Shown here: piece by piece, positions 1 through 7,806 of the stretch
Numbering within the stretch: position 1 is the first letter of the stretch
Layout of the letters: each line of letters begins with the position of its first letter
Assembly (NCBI GenBank): GCA_040081625.1
Contig: JBEBGD010000075.1
Coordinates: 1 to 26,995 of the forward strand
Reading direction: 5' to 3'
DNA length: 26,995 bases
Source: Chthoniobacteraceae bacterium
GTDB taxonomy: Bacteria > Verrucomicrobiota > Verrucomicrobiia > Chthoniobacterales > Chthoniobacteraceae
Notes under the pieces: generated by a model
Seen by the model: the letters and a program-made list of their open reading frames with translations, nothing else
Told to the model about the DNA's origin: nothing
Database searches by the model: none
Program-made: the position numbers and the translations under genes

Positions 1-150
1 CGTCCACTCACCACGCTCGACCTCCACCGCGAAATGCTGGCGCGCCTCGATGAACTTCCCCTGCTCGTAAGCCCTATTCCCCGCGTCGAAATCAGCGCCC
101 GCCCATGCCCCCGCGATCATCAGCAGCAGTATGGTGAATGCGCGTTTCAT
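1..150 (-). CDS. BatE-like TPR protein, 5' part only (runs off window edge)
   Basis: Manual translation MKRAFTILLLMIAGAWAGADFDAGNRAYEQGKFIEARQHF...: signal peptide plus TPR-like helix. ATGA overlap with the batD stop; usual batE position. Confidence 0.75.
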   Translation of the reverse strand, partial: MKRAFTILLLMIAGAWAGADFDAGNRAYEQGKFIEARQHFAVEVERGEWT

Positions 151-1913
151 CGACGCCAAAGTTTATCGAGCACCCGCAGCACCCGCTCACTATCCGCGGC
201 GGATACAGGCGCCACCGCGGCGCCGCCCGCGTAAAGCCGCGCTGCCCGCCCGTCGAAAATGGCATCGATCGCCGCAGCCGTTTCCGCATCCGCATTCAGC
301 ACGCGATTCGCCACCGGCGCATCGACACTCACCGCCTCGACATCGCCGACGATCGCCGCCTCGACCTGCACGAACCTCGCCGCGCGTTCATGAAAATCGT
401 CGCCGCCCCCGCGCAGCGCGCGCCAGAGCTCATCGCGCTCGCTACGCAGAGCCGCGATCCGCGCCTTCGCCGGATCACGGCGCAGCCCCCGGGCCGCGAC
501 GAACCCGAGCGCAAACAGCGCAGCAAACCCGTGCGCAATCCAAAAAACAGGCCGTTCGAAAATCGGCGCGAAGGTCCGGCGCGGCCCCTCCTCGTAGCGC
601 AATCCCGCGATGTCCGCCGCCGCGGCCGGGGCGGGCGTGGCGGCTGCCGACGGCGACTCCGCGGCGCGCGCAGGCGGCGCGACCAGCGGTTCGCCCTGCA
701 CCACGAGCGCGTCGGGTTTGCTGCGCAGCGTCACGTATTTTTCCGCCGCCGGATCGAAGAACGAAAACTGAAACTGCGGCATCTGCCGATGCTTCGCCTC
801 CGGCACGACGGGAATCTCGAACGCCTTGGTTCCGGTCGTTTTCAGTTCGTTGCCCGCCTCGAACTTCTCCGACGCCTCATACGCCTTCCATCCATCCGCA
901 TCCACGAGCGTCGGCGCCTGCACGCGGTCGAAGTTCCCCTCGCCCGTGACGCGCAGCCGCATCGTCAGCGGCTCGCCGAGTTTCACCGTCGAAGGCGAAC
1001 CGTCCCCCTCGAATTGAAACTGCCCGACCGCGCCGGAAAAATCGCGCGGACGCCCTTCGACCGGCAGCGGCTTCACCTCGATCTCCACAGCTTCCGCCGT
1101 CGCATCGAACCGCCGGCTCTCCGAGCTGAGCGGATTGGTGAAGTCCCTGGGAAAGAACTGATCGAACAAGGACTTCGACCGATTGGCCCGCTGCCTCGCC
1201 ACCCGCGCGACAAATGGAATGTCGCACGGACCGATCGTCAGCTTGCCGGCCTTGGTCGCCGTCATCGCCGTGCGAAACGCGATCACCATCCCGCCGGACG
1301 TGGTCTGCTGCTGCGTGAAGCGCGGGAACTTCTGGATCGTGAATCCATCCCCACTTAACGCCGGCGCATTCGGCACCTCCTCGATCCGCATCTGCCCCTC
1401 GGCGCTCAAGCGCACCTCCACCGGCACCGCCTCGCCGACGAACACACTCTTCTTCTTCACCTCGATCGCCGCCGTCACCTTCGCCTCCTTCGTCGCATCG
1501 TCCGCGCCGGCGCCGCGCTTCTGCACCTTCAGCGCGACGGGCTCGGTCTTGTAAGCACGCCCATCCACCGTCACCACCAGCGCGGGAATCGTGAACTCGC
1601 CCTCGCGCTTCGGCACGACCTCGAAAACATGCGTCGTGCTGCGTTCCGAGGTGATCTGCCCGTTGATCATCTGCACGCGCTGCGAGGTGGAGGGAAAAGC
1701 GTAGGCGATCTGCAAGCCCTCCACGTCCACTTCCGGCGGCATCACGTCGCCACGCGCGCCGTTGATCTCGACCTGCAATTGCACCGACGCGCCGACTTCC
1801 GCCACGCGCTGCGAAAGCTGCGCCCGCACCGCCACATCAGCCGCCAGCGCCGACGCACACAACCACGCAAGGCAAAGCATCTGCGAAAAAAGTGCGCGTG
1901 TCATCGGGTTCAC
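147..1913 (-). CDS. batD: BatD family protein (Ig-like repeats, C-terminal TM)
   Basis: 588-aa ORF with signal peptide, repeated beta-rich domains, 'LPVEGRPRDFSGAVGQF' BatD-type motif and a TM segment near the C-terminus. Start is GTG 1913 (overlaps upstream stop) or ATG 1904. Confidence 0.85.
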   Translation of the reverse strand: MNPMTRALFSQMLCLAWLCASALAADVAVRAQLSQRVAEVGASVQLQVEINGARGDVMPPEVDVEGLQIAYAFPSTSQRVQMINGQITSERSTTHVFEVVPKREGEFTIPALVVTVDGRAYKTEPVALKVQKRGAGADDATKEAKVTAAIEVKKKSVFVGEAVPVEVRLSAEGQMRIEEVPNAPALSGDGFTIQKFPRFTQQQTTSGGMVIAFRTAMTATKAGKLTIGPCDIPFVARVARQRANRSKSLFDQFFPRDFTNPLSSESRRFDATAEAVEIEVKPLPVEGRPRDFSGAVGQFQFEGDGSPSTVKLGEPLTMRLRVTGEGNFDRVQAPTLVDADGWKAYEASEKFEAGNELKTTGTKAFEIPVVPEAKHRQMPQFQFSFFDPAAEKYVTLRSKPDALVVQGEPLVAPPARAAESPSAAATPAPAAAADIAGLRYEEGPRRTFAPIFERPVFWIAHGFAALFALGFVAARGLRRDPAKARIAALRSERDELWRALRGGGDDFHERAARFVQVEAAIVGDVEAVSVDAPVANRVLNADAETAAAIDAIFDGRAARLYAGGAAVAPVSAADSERVLRVLDKLWRR

Positions 1914-3847
1914 CAGTCCTTCAAGACACGCTTCATCCCGCTCCGTTCGCGCGGGTCCACGAGCCGCACCTTCTCGTCCTCGCCCTTGAGCGATTCGAGA
2001 AGCGCCCGCGCTTGCTGCGGCGTCATCCGCCCCTCGGCCGCAGCCTGCGCATTCTCGCGCGCCTCGGCCGCGTCGCGCTGCTCCTGGCTTTCACCGTCCT
2101 GCGGCGCGCCTTGCAAGTCGCCTTCTTTTTTCGGCGGAGGTTGCTCGCCTTCTTTTTGCTCCGGCTTGCCATCCTGCTTCTGCTCGCCGGGCTGGTCCTG
2201 CGGCGGTTGGTCACCGGACTTCGCGTCCTTTTGCTCACCCGGCTTTCCCTGATCCTGCTCCGGCTTTTGCGGCTGCTGCTCCTGCTTGCCGGACTCCTGA
2301 TCTTTCTGCTGCTGGTCGCCTTTGTCCTGTTTCTGATCCTTCTGCTCGTCCTTCTTTTGGTCGTCCTTCTTTTGATCGTCTTTCTTCTGCTCCTGCTCGT
2401 CCTGCTTCGGCGGCTCCTTCTCGAGGTCGGCGATCAGTTTGCGCAGCACGTCGCGGTTATAAATCGTGTCGGCATTCTTCGGGTCCACTCCCAACGACTC
2501 ATCGTAATGCTGCAGCGCATTCTTCCACTCGCTGAGCTTCGCCTCCTTCTCCTGCTGTGCGGCTCCGCGCTGGAAAAGCGTGTTGCCGAGATTGTAGGCC
2601 GCCTTCGCACGCAGCCCGGGATCCTCGGTCGTCATCGCGCGGCCGAAGGACTCGAGCGCACCATCGTAGTCGCCGCGTTTGTAAGCCGCGCCGCCAAGAT
2701 CGAACTCCAGCGCCGGCAGATTCGGCCGCCGCTTGAGCTGCCGCGCGAACTCCTCGTGCGCCGCATCGTAATCCTTCCGCTCGTAAGCCTCGACGCCGTC
2801 GTTGCGCGCCTGCGCCATCGTCGGCGCGAGCAGCAGCAGCGAGATCACCGCCGCGCGGCGCCGACGTTCGCCGATCATCATCGACACTCCGAGGAACGCA
2901 ATCGCCCCCGCGAGCGGCCACTGGTAGCGCTCGATCGGGCGGCGTGAAAGGCGGGCGTCGATGTCTCGTTCGTTCATTTTTCCAAAGCCGTCGCGGACGA
3001 TGCGTTGCATTTCCGGGCGGCCGGTCTGGAGCGGAACGTAGAAGCCTCCCGCCGCTTCCGCAATCGCCCGCAGCCGGGTCTCGTCGAGCCGCGAACGCAC
3101 CGGGTTTCCGGCGTCATCCTTCACGAACTCCAGCCGTCCGCGCGTGCGCACCGGGATCAGCGCTCCCTCCGGCGTGCCGATGCCCACAGCGAAAATCCGC
3201 ACCTCCTTCTTGATCTCATCCGCCGCCTTCTCCGCGTTCGCATCGAGTTCTTCGCCGTCGGAAAAGATCACCAGCGCGCGATTGTCGCTCTCGCCCTTCC
3301 CGAACGCTTCGCGCGCCGAGAGCAGCGCGCCCTCGAGATTCGTCCCGCCCTGCGGGATGATGTCGGTGTCGAGCTCCTTCAGCGCGCCAAGCGCGGCGGT
3401 GTAGTCGATCGTCAGCGGCGCTTGCAAGAACGCCGTGCCGGCAAAGGCGATCACGCCGACACGATCGCCGGACAGCTCCTCGATCAAATCCTGCGCCGCG
3501 AGCTTCGCCCGCGTGAGGCGGTCCGGCTTGATGTCGTCGGCGAGCATCGAGCGCGAGGTGTCGATCGCGATGATCACGTCGCGCCCCTTGCGCTTCGTCT
3601 GCTCCCACGTGAAGCCCCACTGCGGACGCGCGAGCGCCACGATCGCGCACGCCAGCCCGAGCATCGCGAGCGCGAATCGCAGCCGCCGTTTCGCGACGCT
3701 CACATTCCCCGCGAGCCGCGGCATCAACCGCTCGGCGATGACTCGCGCCATCAACTCCACGCGCCGCCGCTCGCTCGCAAAGAAGAGCGCAAGCAGCAGC
3801 GGAATCGCCACGGATGCCCAAAGCCAGGCCGGCTCAGCGAAGCTCAC
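1910..3847 (-). CDS. BatB/BatC fusion: VWA domain + TPR + Q/K/D/E-rich tail
   Basis: N-terminal TM and 'ALARPQWG', MIDAS DTSRS, 'FAGTAFLQAPLT', SDG, then TPRs ('YNLGNTLF') and 'KDW' end. GTG start at 3847 overlaps the batA stop (GTGA). Confidence 0.85.
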   Translation of the reverse strand: MSFAEPAWLWASVAIPLLLALFFASERRRVELMARVIAERLMPRLAGNVSVAKRRLRFALAMLGLACAIVALARPQWGFTWEQTKRKGRDVIIAIDTSRSMLADDIKPDRLTRAKLAAQDLIEELSGDRVGVIAFAGTAFLQAPLTIDYTAALGALKELDTDIIPQGGTNLEGALLSAREAFGKGESDNRALVIFSDGEELDANAEKAADEIKKEVRIFAVGIGTPEGALIPVRTRGRLEFVKDDAGNPVRSRLDETRLRAIAEAAGGFYVPLQTGRPEMQRIVRDGFGKMNERDIDARLSRRPIERYQWPLAGAIAFLGVSMMIGERRRRAAVISLLLLAPTMAQARNDGVEAYERKDYDAAHEEFARQLKRRPNLPALEFDLGGAAYKRGDYDGALESFGRAMTTEDPGLRAKAAYNLGNTLFQRGAAQQEKEAKLSEWKNALQHYDESLGVDPKNADTIYNRDVLRKLIADLEKEPPKQDEQEQKKDDQKKDDQKKDEQKDQKQDKGDQQQKDQESGKQEQQPQKPEQDQGKPGEQKDAKSGDQPPQDQPGEQKQDGKPEQKEGEQPPPKKEGDLQGAPQDGESQEQRDAAEARENAQAAAEGRMTPQQARALLESLKGEDEKVRLVDPRERSGMKRVLKDW

Positions 3848-4857
3848 GGCAGCCTCCTCCATCGCGTCTCGCCAAGCGCAAGCTGGAGCATGAGCAGCGC
3901 GCCGCCCGCGCCCACGAACCACGGGAACAGCTCGCGATACTCTTTGTATTGGCTGAGCTGCATCGTCGATTTCTCCAGCTTGTCGATCTCCTCGAAAATC
4001 TGCGCGAGCGACTTCGAGTCCGTCGCGCGATAGAACTGCGCGCTGGTCACTTTCGCGATCTCCTTGAGCGTCTCCTCGTCCACTTTCATCATCACGTTGC
4101 GATAGGCCGTGCGGCCGGTGAAGGGATCCTGCACGGGGACCGGCGCGTAGCCCTTCGTGCCCGCGCAGATCGTATAGACCTTGATGCCGAGCGCCTTCGC
4201 CGCCTCAGCCGCGGTCGGCGGCGAGACCTTGCCCGCGTTGTTGTCGCCGTCGGTCAGCAGCACCACGATCTTGCTCTTCGCGTCGCGATCCTTGAGCCGG
4301 TTCGATGCCGACGCGATCGCCGAGCCGATCGCCGTGCCGTCTTCCACGAGCCCGATCTTGATGCGCTCGAGATTCTCCAGCAGCCAGTCGTGATCGAGCG
4401 TGAGCGGGCTCACGAGATAAGGCCGGCCCGCAAACGCGAGGATGCCGATTCGGTCGTTCGGCCGCGCCTGGATGAACTTCTCGGTCACCTGCTTCACCGC
4501 CTCGAGCCGGTTCGCCCGGTCGCGGCCGATCGTGAAATCCTCCGCGAGCATCGAGCGCGACACATCCAGCGCGATCATGATGTCGATACCGCTCGCCTCG
4601 ACATGCGTGAGCGTGCGCCCCGCCTGCGGTCGCGCGAGCGCGACGATGAAAAGCCCGAGCGCCGCGAGCAGCAGGCTCATCAACCAGCCGCCCGCCTTTG
4701 CGCGGCGGCGTGCGCCGAGAGTCTTCAGCGGCTCGATCGAGGAGAAAACGATCGCCGGTGCCGCTCCGAGCGCGCCGTGCAGGATCGCGAGAACTGGCAG
4801 GAGCAGCAGCAGGAGCAGCAGCCACGGCTGCCCGAACGCGAACGTCTCGCCCTTCAT
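3844..4857 (-). CDS. batA: BatA family VWA domain protein
   Basis: MKGETFAFGQPWLL..., 'ALARPQ', MIDAS DVSRS, 'GTAIGSAI', 'LLTDGDNNAG'. ATG 4857 overlaps the upstream stop (ATGA). Confidence 0.9.
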   Translation of the reverse strand: MKGETFAFGQPWLLLLLLLLPVLAILHGALGAAPAIVFSSIEPLKTLGARRRAKAGGWLMSLLLAALGLFIVALARPQAGRTLTHVEASGIDIMIALDVSRSMLAEDFTIGRDRANRLEAVKQVTEKFIQARPNDRIGILAFAGRPYLVSPLTLDHDWLLENLERIKIGLVEDGTAIGSAIASASNRLKDRDAKSKIVVLLTDGDNNAGKVSPPTAAEAAKALGIKVYTICAGTKGYAPVPVQDPFTGRTAYRNVMMKVDEETLKEIAKVTSAQFYRATDSKSLAQIFEEIDKLEKSTMQLSQYKEYRELFPWFVGAGGALLMLQLALGETRWRRLP

Positions 4858-5375
4858 GCGCGACCTCCTTGCACGAAAGCCATCGCGCTCCCGATCAGCT
4901 CCGCGCTGTCCGCGCTCGACGCGTCGATGTGCGCGAACTTGATCAGGTCGCACTTCTCCAGGAACCGCGCGAGCAGCGCGCGGTCGTCGTCGCCGAACTG
5001 CGGCGCGCCCGCGATGCTCGCGAGAAATTCCGGCGACGTCTGCTCCTTCGCGCGCAGACCGAACTGCGCGCCGACGAAGCCGCGCAGCACGTCGGACACG
5101 CGCACGCTGAACGCATACGGATCGAGGCGGTTCACGTCGTTGCGGAGCGTCTCGAGGTCACGCAGGGCTACGGCGCGCGGAGTGAGCGGCGACGGCGCGT
5201 GGCGGCGGATGGCGCGGGCGATGAACCAGACGAGTAGGAGTAAGAGTAGGAGTAGGAGTAGGACTCCGATGGCGACCATCCAGGGCGGCCAGGGGAAGAC
5301 ATCGACGGGCGGCGCGATGTCGCGGATCTCCGGCAGGGCTGGCGTGGGCTGGGGCGGCGGCGTCTGGACGGCCAT
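4854..5375 (-). CDS. DUF4381-like membrane protein of bat operons
   Basis: 'EIRDIAPP' followed by a single TM helix, 'EQTSPEFL', 'CDLIKFA'; lies between DUF58 and batA. Confidence 0.75.
   Translation of the reverse strand: MAVQTPPPQPTPALPEIRDIAPPVDVFPWPPWMVAIGVLLLLLLLLLLVWFIARAIRRHAPSPLTPRAVALRDLETLRNDVNRLDPYAFSVRVSDVLRGFVGAQFGLRAKEQTSPEFLASIAGAPQFGDDDRALLARFLEKCDLIKFAHIDASSADSAELIGSAMAFVQGGRA
5232..5261. repeat. Hexamer tandem repeat (GAGTAG)x5, in frame, encoding poly-Leu
   Basis: gagtag gagtaa gagtag gagtag gagtag; the coding strand reads alternating CTA/TTA and CTC codons, giving 10 Leu. Confidence 0.9.
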
Positions 5376-5378
5376 CGA

Positions 5379-6284
5379 TTACGCGCGCAACATCAGCCGC
5401 CGTTCGCGATTGCGGAAGAACGCGCGCAACGCCGGAATGTAATCCTCGTGCGTGCGCAACGTGATCGTGTCGATCCGCCGCCGGCGGAAATCCTTCATCC
5501 GTTCGCGGCTCGCGGCTTTCACCTTGTCCACGAAATCCGCGCGCGTGCGCCAGTGCGAAGTGTTCACCTCCATCTGCTCGCCGGTCTCCGCGTCCTCGAG
5601 CGTGAGCCAGCCGACATCGGGCAGCTCCTGCTCGCGCGGATCGACGACCGGGATCGCGATGAGATCGTGCCGCCGCGCCGTGACCGCCAGTTCGCGCGAG
5701 AAGTCCGGCGCCTGAAAATCCGAGACGATGAACGCGACCGCCCGCCGGTGCAGCACGCGGTTGAGATACCGCAGCGCGTCGCCCGGATCGGTCCCCTTCC
5801 CCTTCGGCTCGAAGAACGCAATGTCGCGGATCAGCCGCATCGTGTGCGCGCGGCCTTTCTGCGGCGCGATGTAGTGCTCGACGTGATCGGAGAAAAGAAT
5901 CAGCCCGACCTTGTCGTTGTTGCGGATCGCGCTGAAGGCGAGCACGCACGCCACTTCCGCCGCCAGCTCGCGCTTGGAAAGATTCACGCTGCCGAACTCA
6001 CCGGAAGCGCTCACATCGACGATGAGCATCACCGTCAGCTCGCGCTCCTCGGTGAACTTCTTCACGTAAGCATCCCCGCGAATCTCCCCTAGCCGCGCCG
6101 TCACGTTCCAGTCGATCGAGCGCACCTCATCTCCCGGCTGATACTCGCGCACCTCCTCGAAGTTCATCCCGCGCCCCTTGAATACGGAGCGGTATTGCCC
6201 GCTGAACGTCTCCGCGACAGCGCCGCGCGTCTTCAGCTCGATGCGGCGGATTTTCTTGAGGATGTCTCTCGCGCTGGCGGGCAT
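5379..6284 (-). CDS. DUF58 domain protein (MoxR-associated)
   Basis: 'FKGRGMNFEEVREYQPGDEVRSIDWNVTAR', 'KKFTEERE', 'DVSAS', 'SDF' motifs; downstream of moxR. Confidence 0.93.
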   Translation of the reverse strand: MPASARDILKKIRRIELKTRGAVAETFSGQYRSVFKGRGMNFEEVREYQPGDEVRSIDWNVTARLGEIRGDAYVKKFTEERELTVMLIVDVSASGEFGSVNLSKRELAAEVACVLAFSAIRNNDKVGLILFSDHVEHYIAPQKGRAHTMRLIRDIAFFEPKGKGTDPGDALRYLNRVLHRRAVAFIVSDFQAPDFSRELAVTARRHDLIAIPVVDPREQELPDVGWLTLEDAETGEQMEVNTSHWRTRADFVDKVKAASRERMKDFRRRRIDTITLRTHEDYIPALRAFFRNRERRLMLRA

Positions 6285-6314
6285 GTGATCGGTGATCAGT
6301 GATCGGTGAACGGT
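6283..6314. repeat. Left inverted-repeat arm made of GTGATCG heptamers
   Basis: AT gtgatcg gtgatca gtgatcg gtgaacg gt; 27/32 identical to the reverse complement of 6746-6777. Confidence 0.9.
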
Positions 6315-6775
6315 GGTGTGTCCTCTCCGTCCGGCGAGTCCTCGCGCATTCGATAGTCGGTGTCGGGGGCGTTCTTGCAGAAGTCGTCGGCGCGATCGAT
6401 CATGCGCGAAAGCATTCCGCCGATCGCATCGTAGCGTTGGTCGAGGTCCGCGTATTCTTCACGCGTCATGTATTCGGCATCGAGTGCGTCATCGAGCCAC
6501 GACTGCGTCTCGTAGGCTTCGCCCAAAGCCTCATCGATCTTGTTGATGAATGCCGCCTTGTAGCGCCTGCGCGCCCACGCTTCCGCCAGCATCGCCTTCA
6601 CCGCACGCGAACTGCGCCGCACCTGATCCACCAGCGCATACCGCTCCTCCTTCGGAAACCTGCGCGTGAGCGCAAAGATCATCCGAGCCCCATCACGAGC
6701 CGCCACATAGACCTTCAATTCTCGAAATGACTTCGCAAAGCTCATACCGATTACAGTTCACCGATCACCGATCAC
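6285..6775. mobile_element. Putative IR-bounded cassette carrying the four-helix-bundle gene
   Basis: Terminal IRs GTGATCGGTGATC...GATCACCGATCAC flanked by AT on both sides. Removing it restores moxR TGA-AGCGGG-ATG DUF58. No transposase inside. Confidence 0.5.
6296..6745 (-). CDS. Four helix bundle protein (23S rRNA intervening-sequence protein family, Avd-like fold)
   Basis: 'SFRELKVY...FPKEERYALVDQVRRSSRAVKAMLAEAW...GEAYETQSWL' matches the family pattern F.dL.vw...FP.eE.y.L..Q.rRs..S...NiaEg. Confidence 0.9.
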   Translation of the reverse strand: MSFAKSFRELKVYVAARDGARMIFALTRRFPKEERYALVDQVRRSSRAVKAMLAEAWARRRYKAAFINKIDEALGEAYETQSWLDDALDAEYMTREEYADLDQRYDAIGGMLSRMIDRADDFCKNAPDTDYRMREDSPDGEDTPPFTDH

Positions 6776-6777
6776 AT
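6746..6777. repeat. Right inverted-repeat arm made of CGATCAC heptamers
   Basis: ac cgattac agttcac cgatcac cgatcac AT; lies immediately upstream of the four-helix-bundle start codon. Confidence 0.9.
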
Positions 6778-6783
6778 CCCGCT

Positions 6784-7770
6784 TCACGGGACGGAAAGAT
6801 TCGAAAAGATCCGCTCGATGATCTGCTCGCTCGTCATCTCCTCCGCCTCGGCTTCGTAGCTCACGATGATGCGATGCCTCAGCACGTCCGCACCGACGCT
6901 CTTCACATCCTGCGGCGTCACGTAGCCGCGGCCGGCGATGAAGGCGCGGGCACGCGCGGCGAGCGTGAGCGCGATCGTCGCGCGCGGGCTGCCACCGTAG
7001 CGGATCATGCCTTCGAGCGGCAGCTTGTAGGCCGCCGGGTCGCGCGTCGCGAAGACGACATCGACGATGTAATCCTTCACGCGATCATCGACGAAGATCT
7101 CGTTCACCAACGCACGAGAGTGGAGGATTTCGCCCGGCTCGACGATCCGCGACACGTCGAGCTTCGGCGTGCTCGTCGCCATCAGGTCGAGGATCTTCCG
7201 CTCCTCCGCCTTGCTCGGGTAGCCGATCCGCAGCTTGAGCATGAAGCGATCGAGTTGCGCCTCGGGGAGCTGGTAGGTGCCCTCCTGTTCCAGCGGGTTC
7301 TGCGTCGCGAGCACGAGGAAGGGATCGGCGAGCTTGTAAGTCGTATCGCCGAGCGTGACCTGCCGCTCCTGCATCGCCTCGAGCAGTGCACTCTGCACCT
7401 TCGCCGGCGCGCGGTTGATCTCGTCGGCGAGGATGAGGTTTGAAAAGAGCGGCCCGTGCTTGGTCGTGAACTCGCCGGTGCGGGGATTATAGATCATCGT
7501 GCCGATGAGATCGGCGGGCAGCAGATCGGGCGTGAATTGAATGCGCGAGAATCCCGTATTGATGCAGCTCGCGAGCGTCTTGACCGTGAGGGTCTTGGCG
7601 AGACCCGGCACGCCTTCGAGCAGGATGTGGCCATTGGTGAGCAAGCCGGTGAGCAATCCCTCGACGAGATATTTCTGCCCGACGACGACGCGCGCAATTT
7701 CATCCTGGATCGGTTTGATCCACGCGCTGGCTTCCTTGACTTGTGCGGTGAGTTCCGTGGTGCTGGACAT
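6784..7770 (-). CDS. moxR: MoxR family AAA+ ATPase
   Basis: Walker A 'EGVPGLAKT', 'RIQFTPDLLPAD', Walker B 'LADEINRAPAKVQSALLEAM', 'LPEAQLDRF'. Start ATG 7770 (alternative 7782). Confidence 0.95.
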   Translation of the reverse strand: MSSTTELTAQVKEASAWIKPIQDEIARVVVGQKYLVEGLLTGLLTNGHILLEGVPGLAKTLTVKTLASCINTGFSRIQFTPDLLPADLIGTMIYNPRTGEFTTKHGPLFSNLILADEINRAPAKVQSALLEAMQERQVTLGDTTYKLADPFLVLATQNPLEQEGTYQLPEAQLDRFMLKLRIGYPSKAEERKILDLMATSTPKLDVSRIVEPGEILHSRALVNEIFVDDRVKDYIVDVVFATRDPAAYKLPLEGMIRYGGSPRATIALTLAARARAFIAGRGYVTPQDVKSVGADVLRHRIIVSYEAEAEEMTSEQIIERIFSNLSVP

Positions 7771-7806
7771 TGTGGGCCGCATAAGACCGCCATCGCGGCG
7801 CCGCGT

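Noticed and set aside
2140..2420. Q/K/D/E-rich repeats (QKKDD) in the BatB/C protein
   Set aside because: Ordinary low-complexity linker typical of BatC-like proteins.
131..5442. Long plus-strand ORFs opposite the bat operon (and similar ones such as 8371-9771 and 21874-23943)
   Set aside because: Antisense shadow ORFs expected at high GC; Arg/Ala-rich with no recognisable motifs.
6296..6745. Diversity-generating retroelement (Avd-like gene)
   Set aside because: No reverse transcriptase and no template/variable repeat pair differing at adenines was seen in the window.
6285..6775. Classical IS element or rRNA intervening sequence
   Set aside because: No transposase motif is present, and the flanks are protein-coding genes rather than rRNA.
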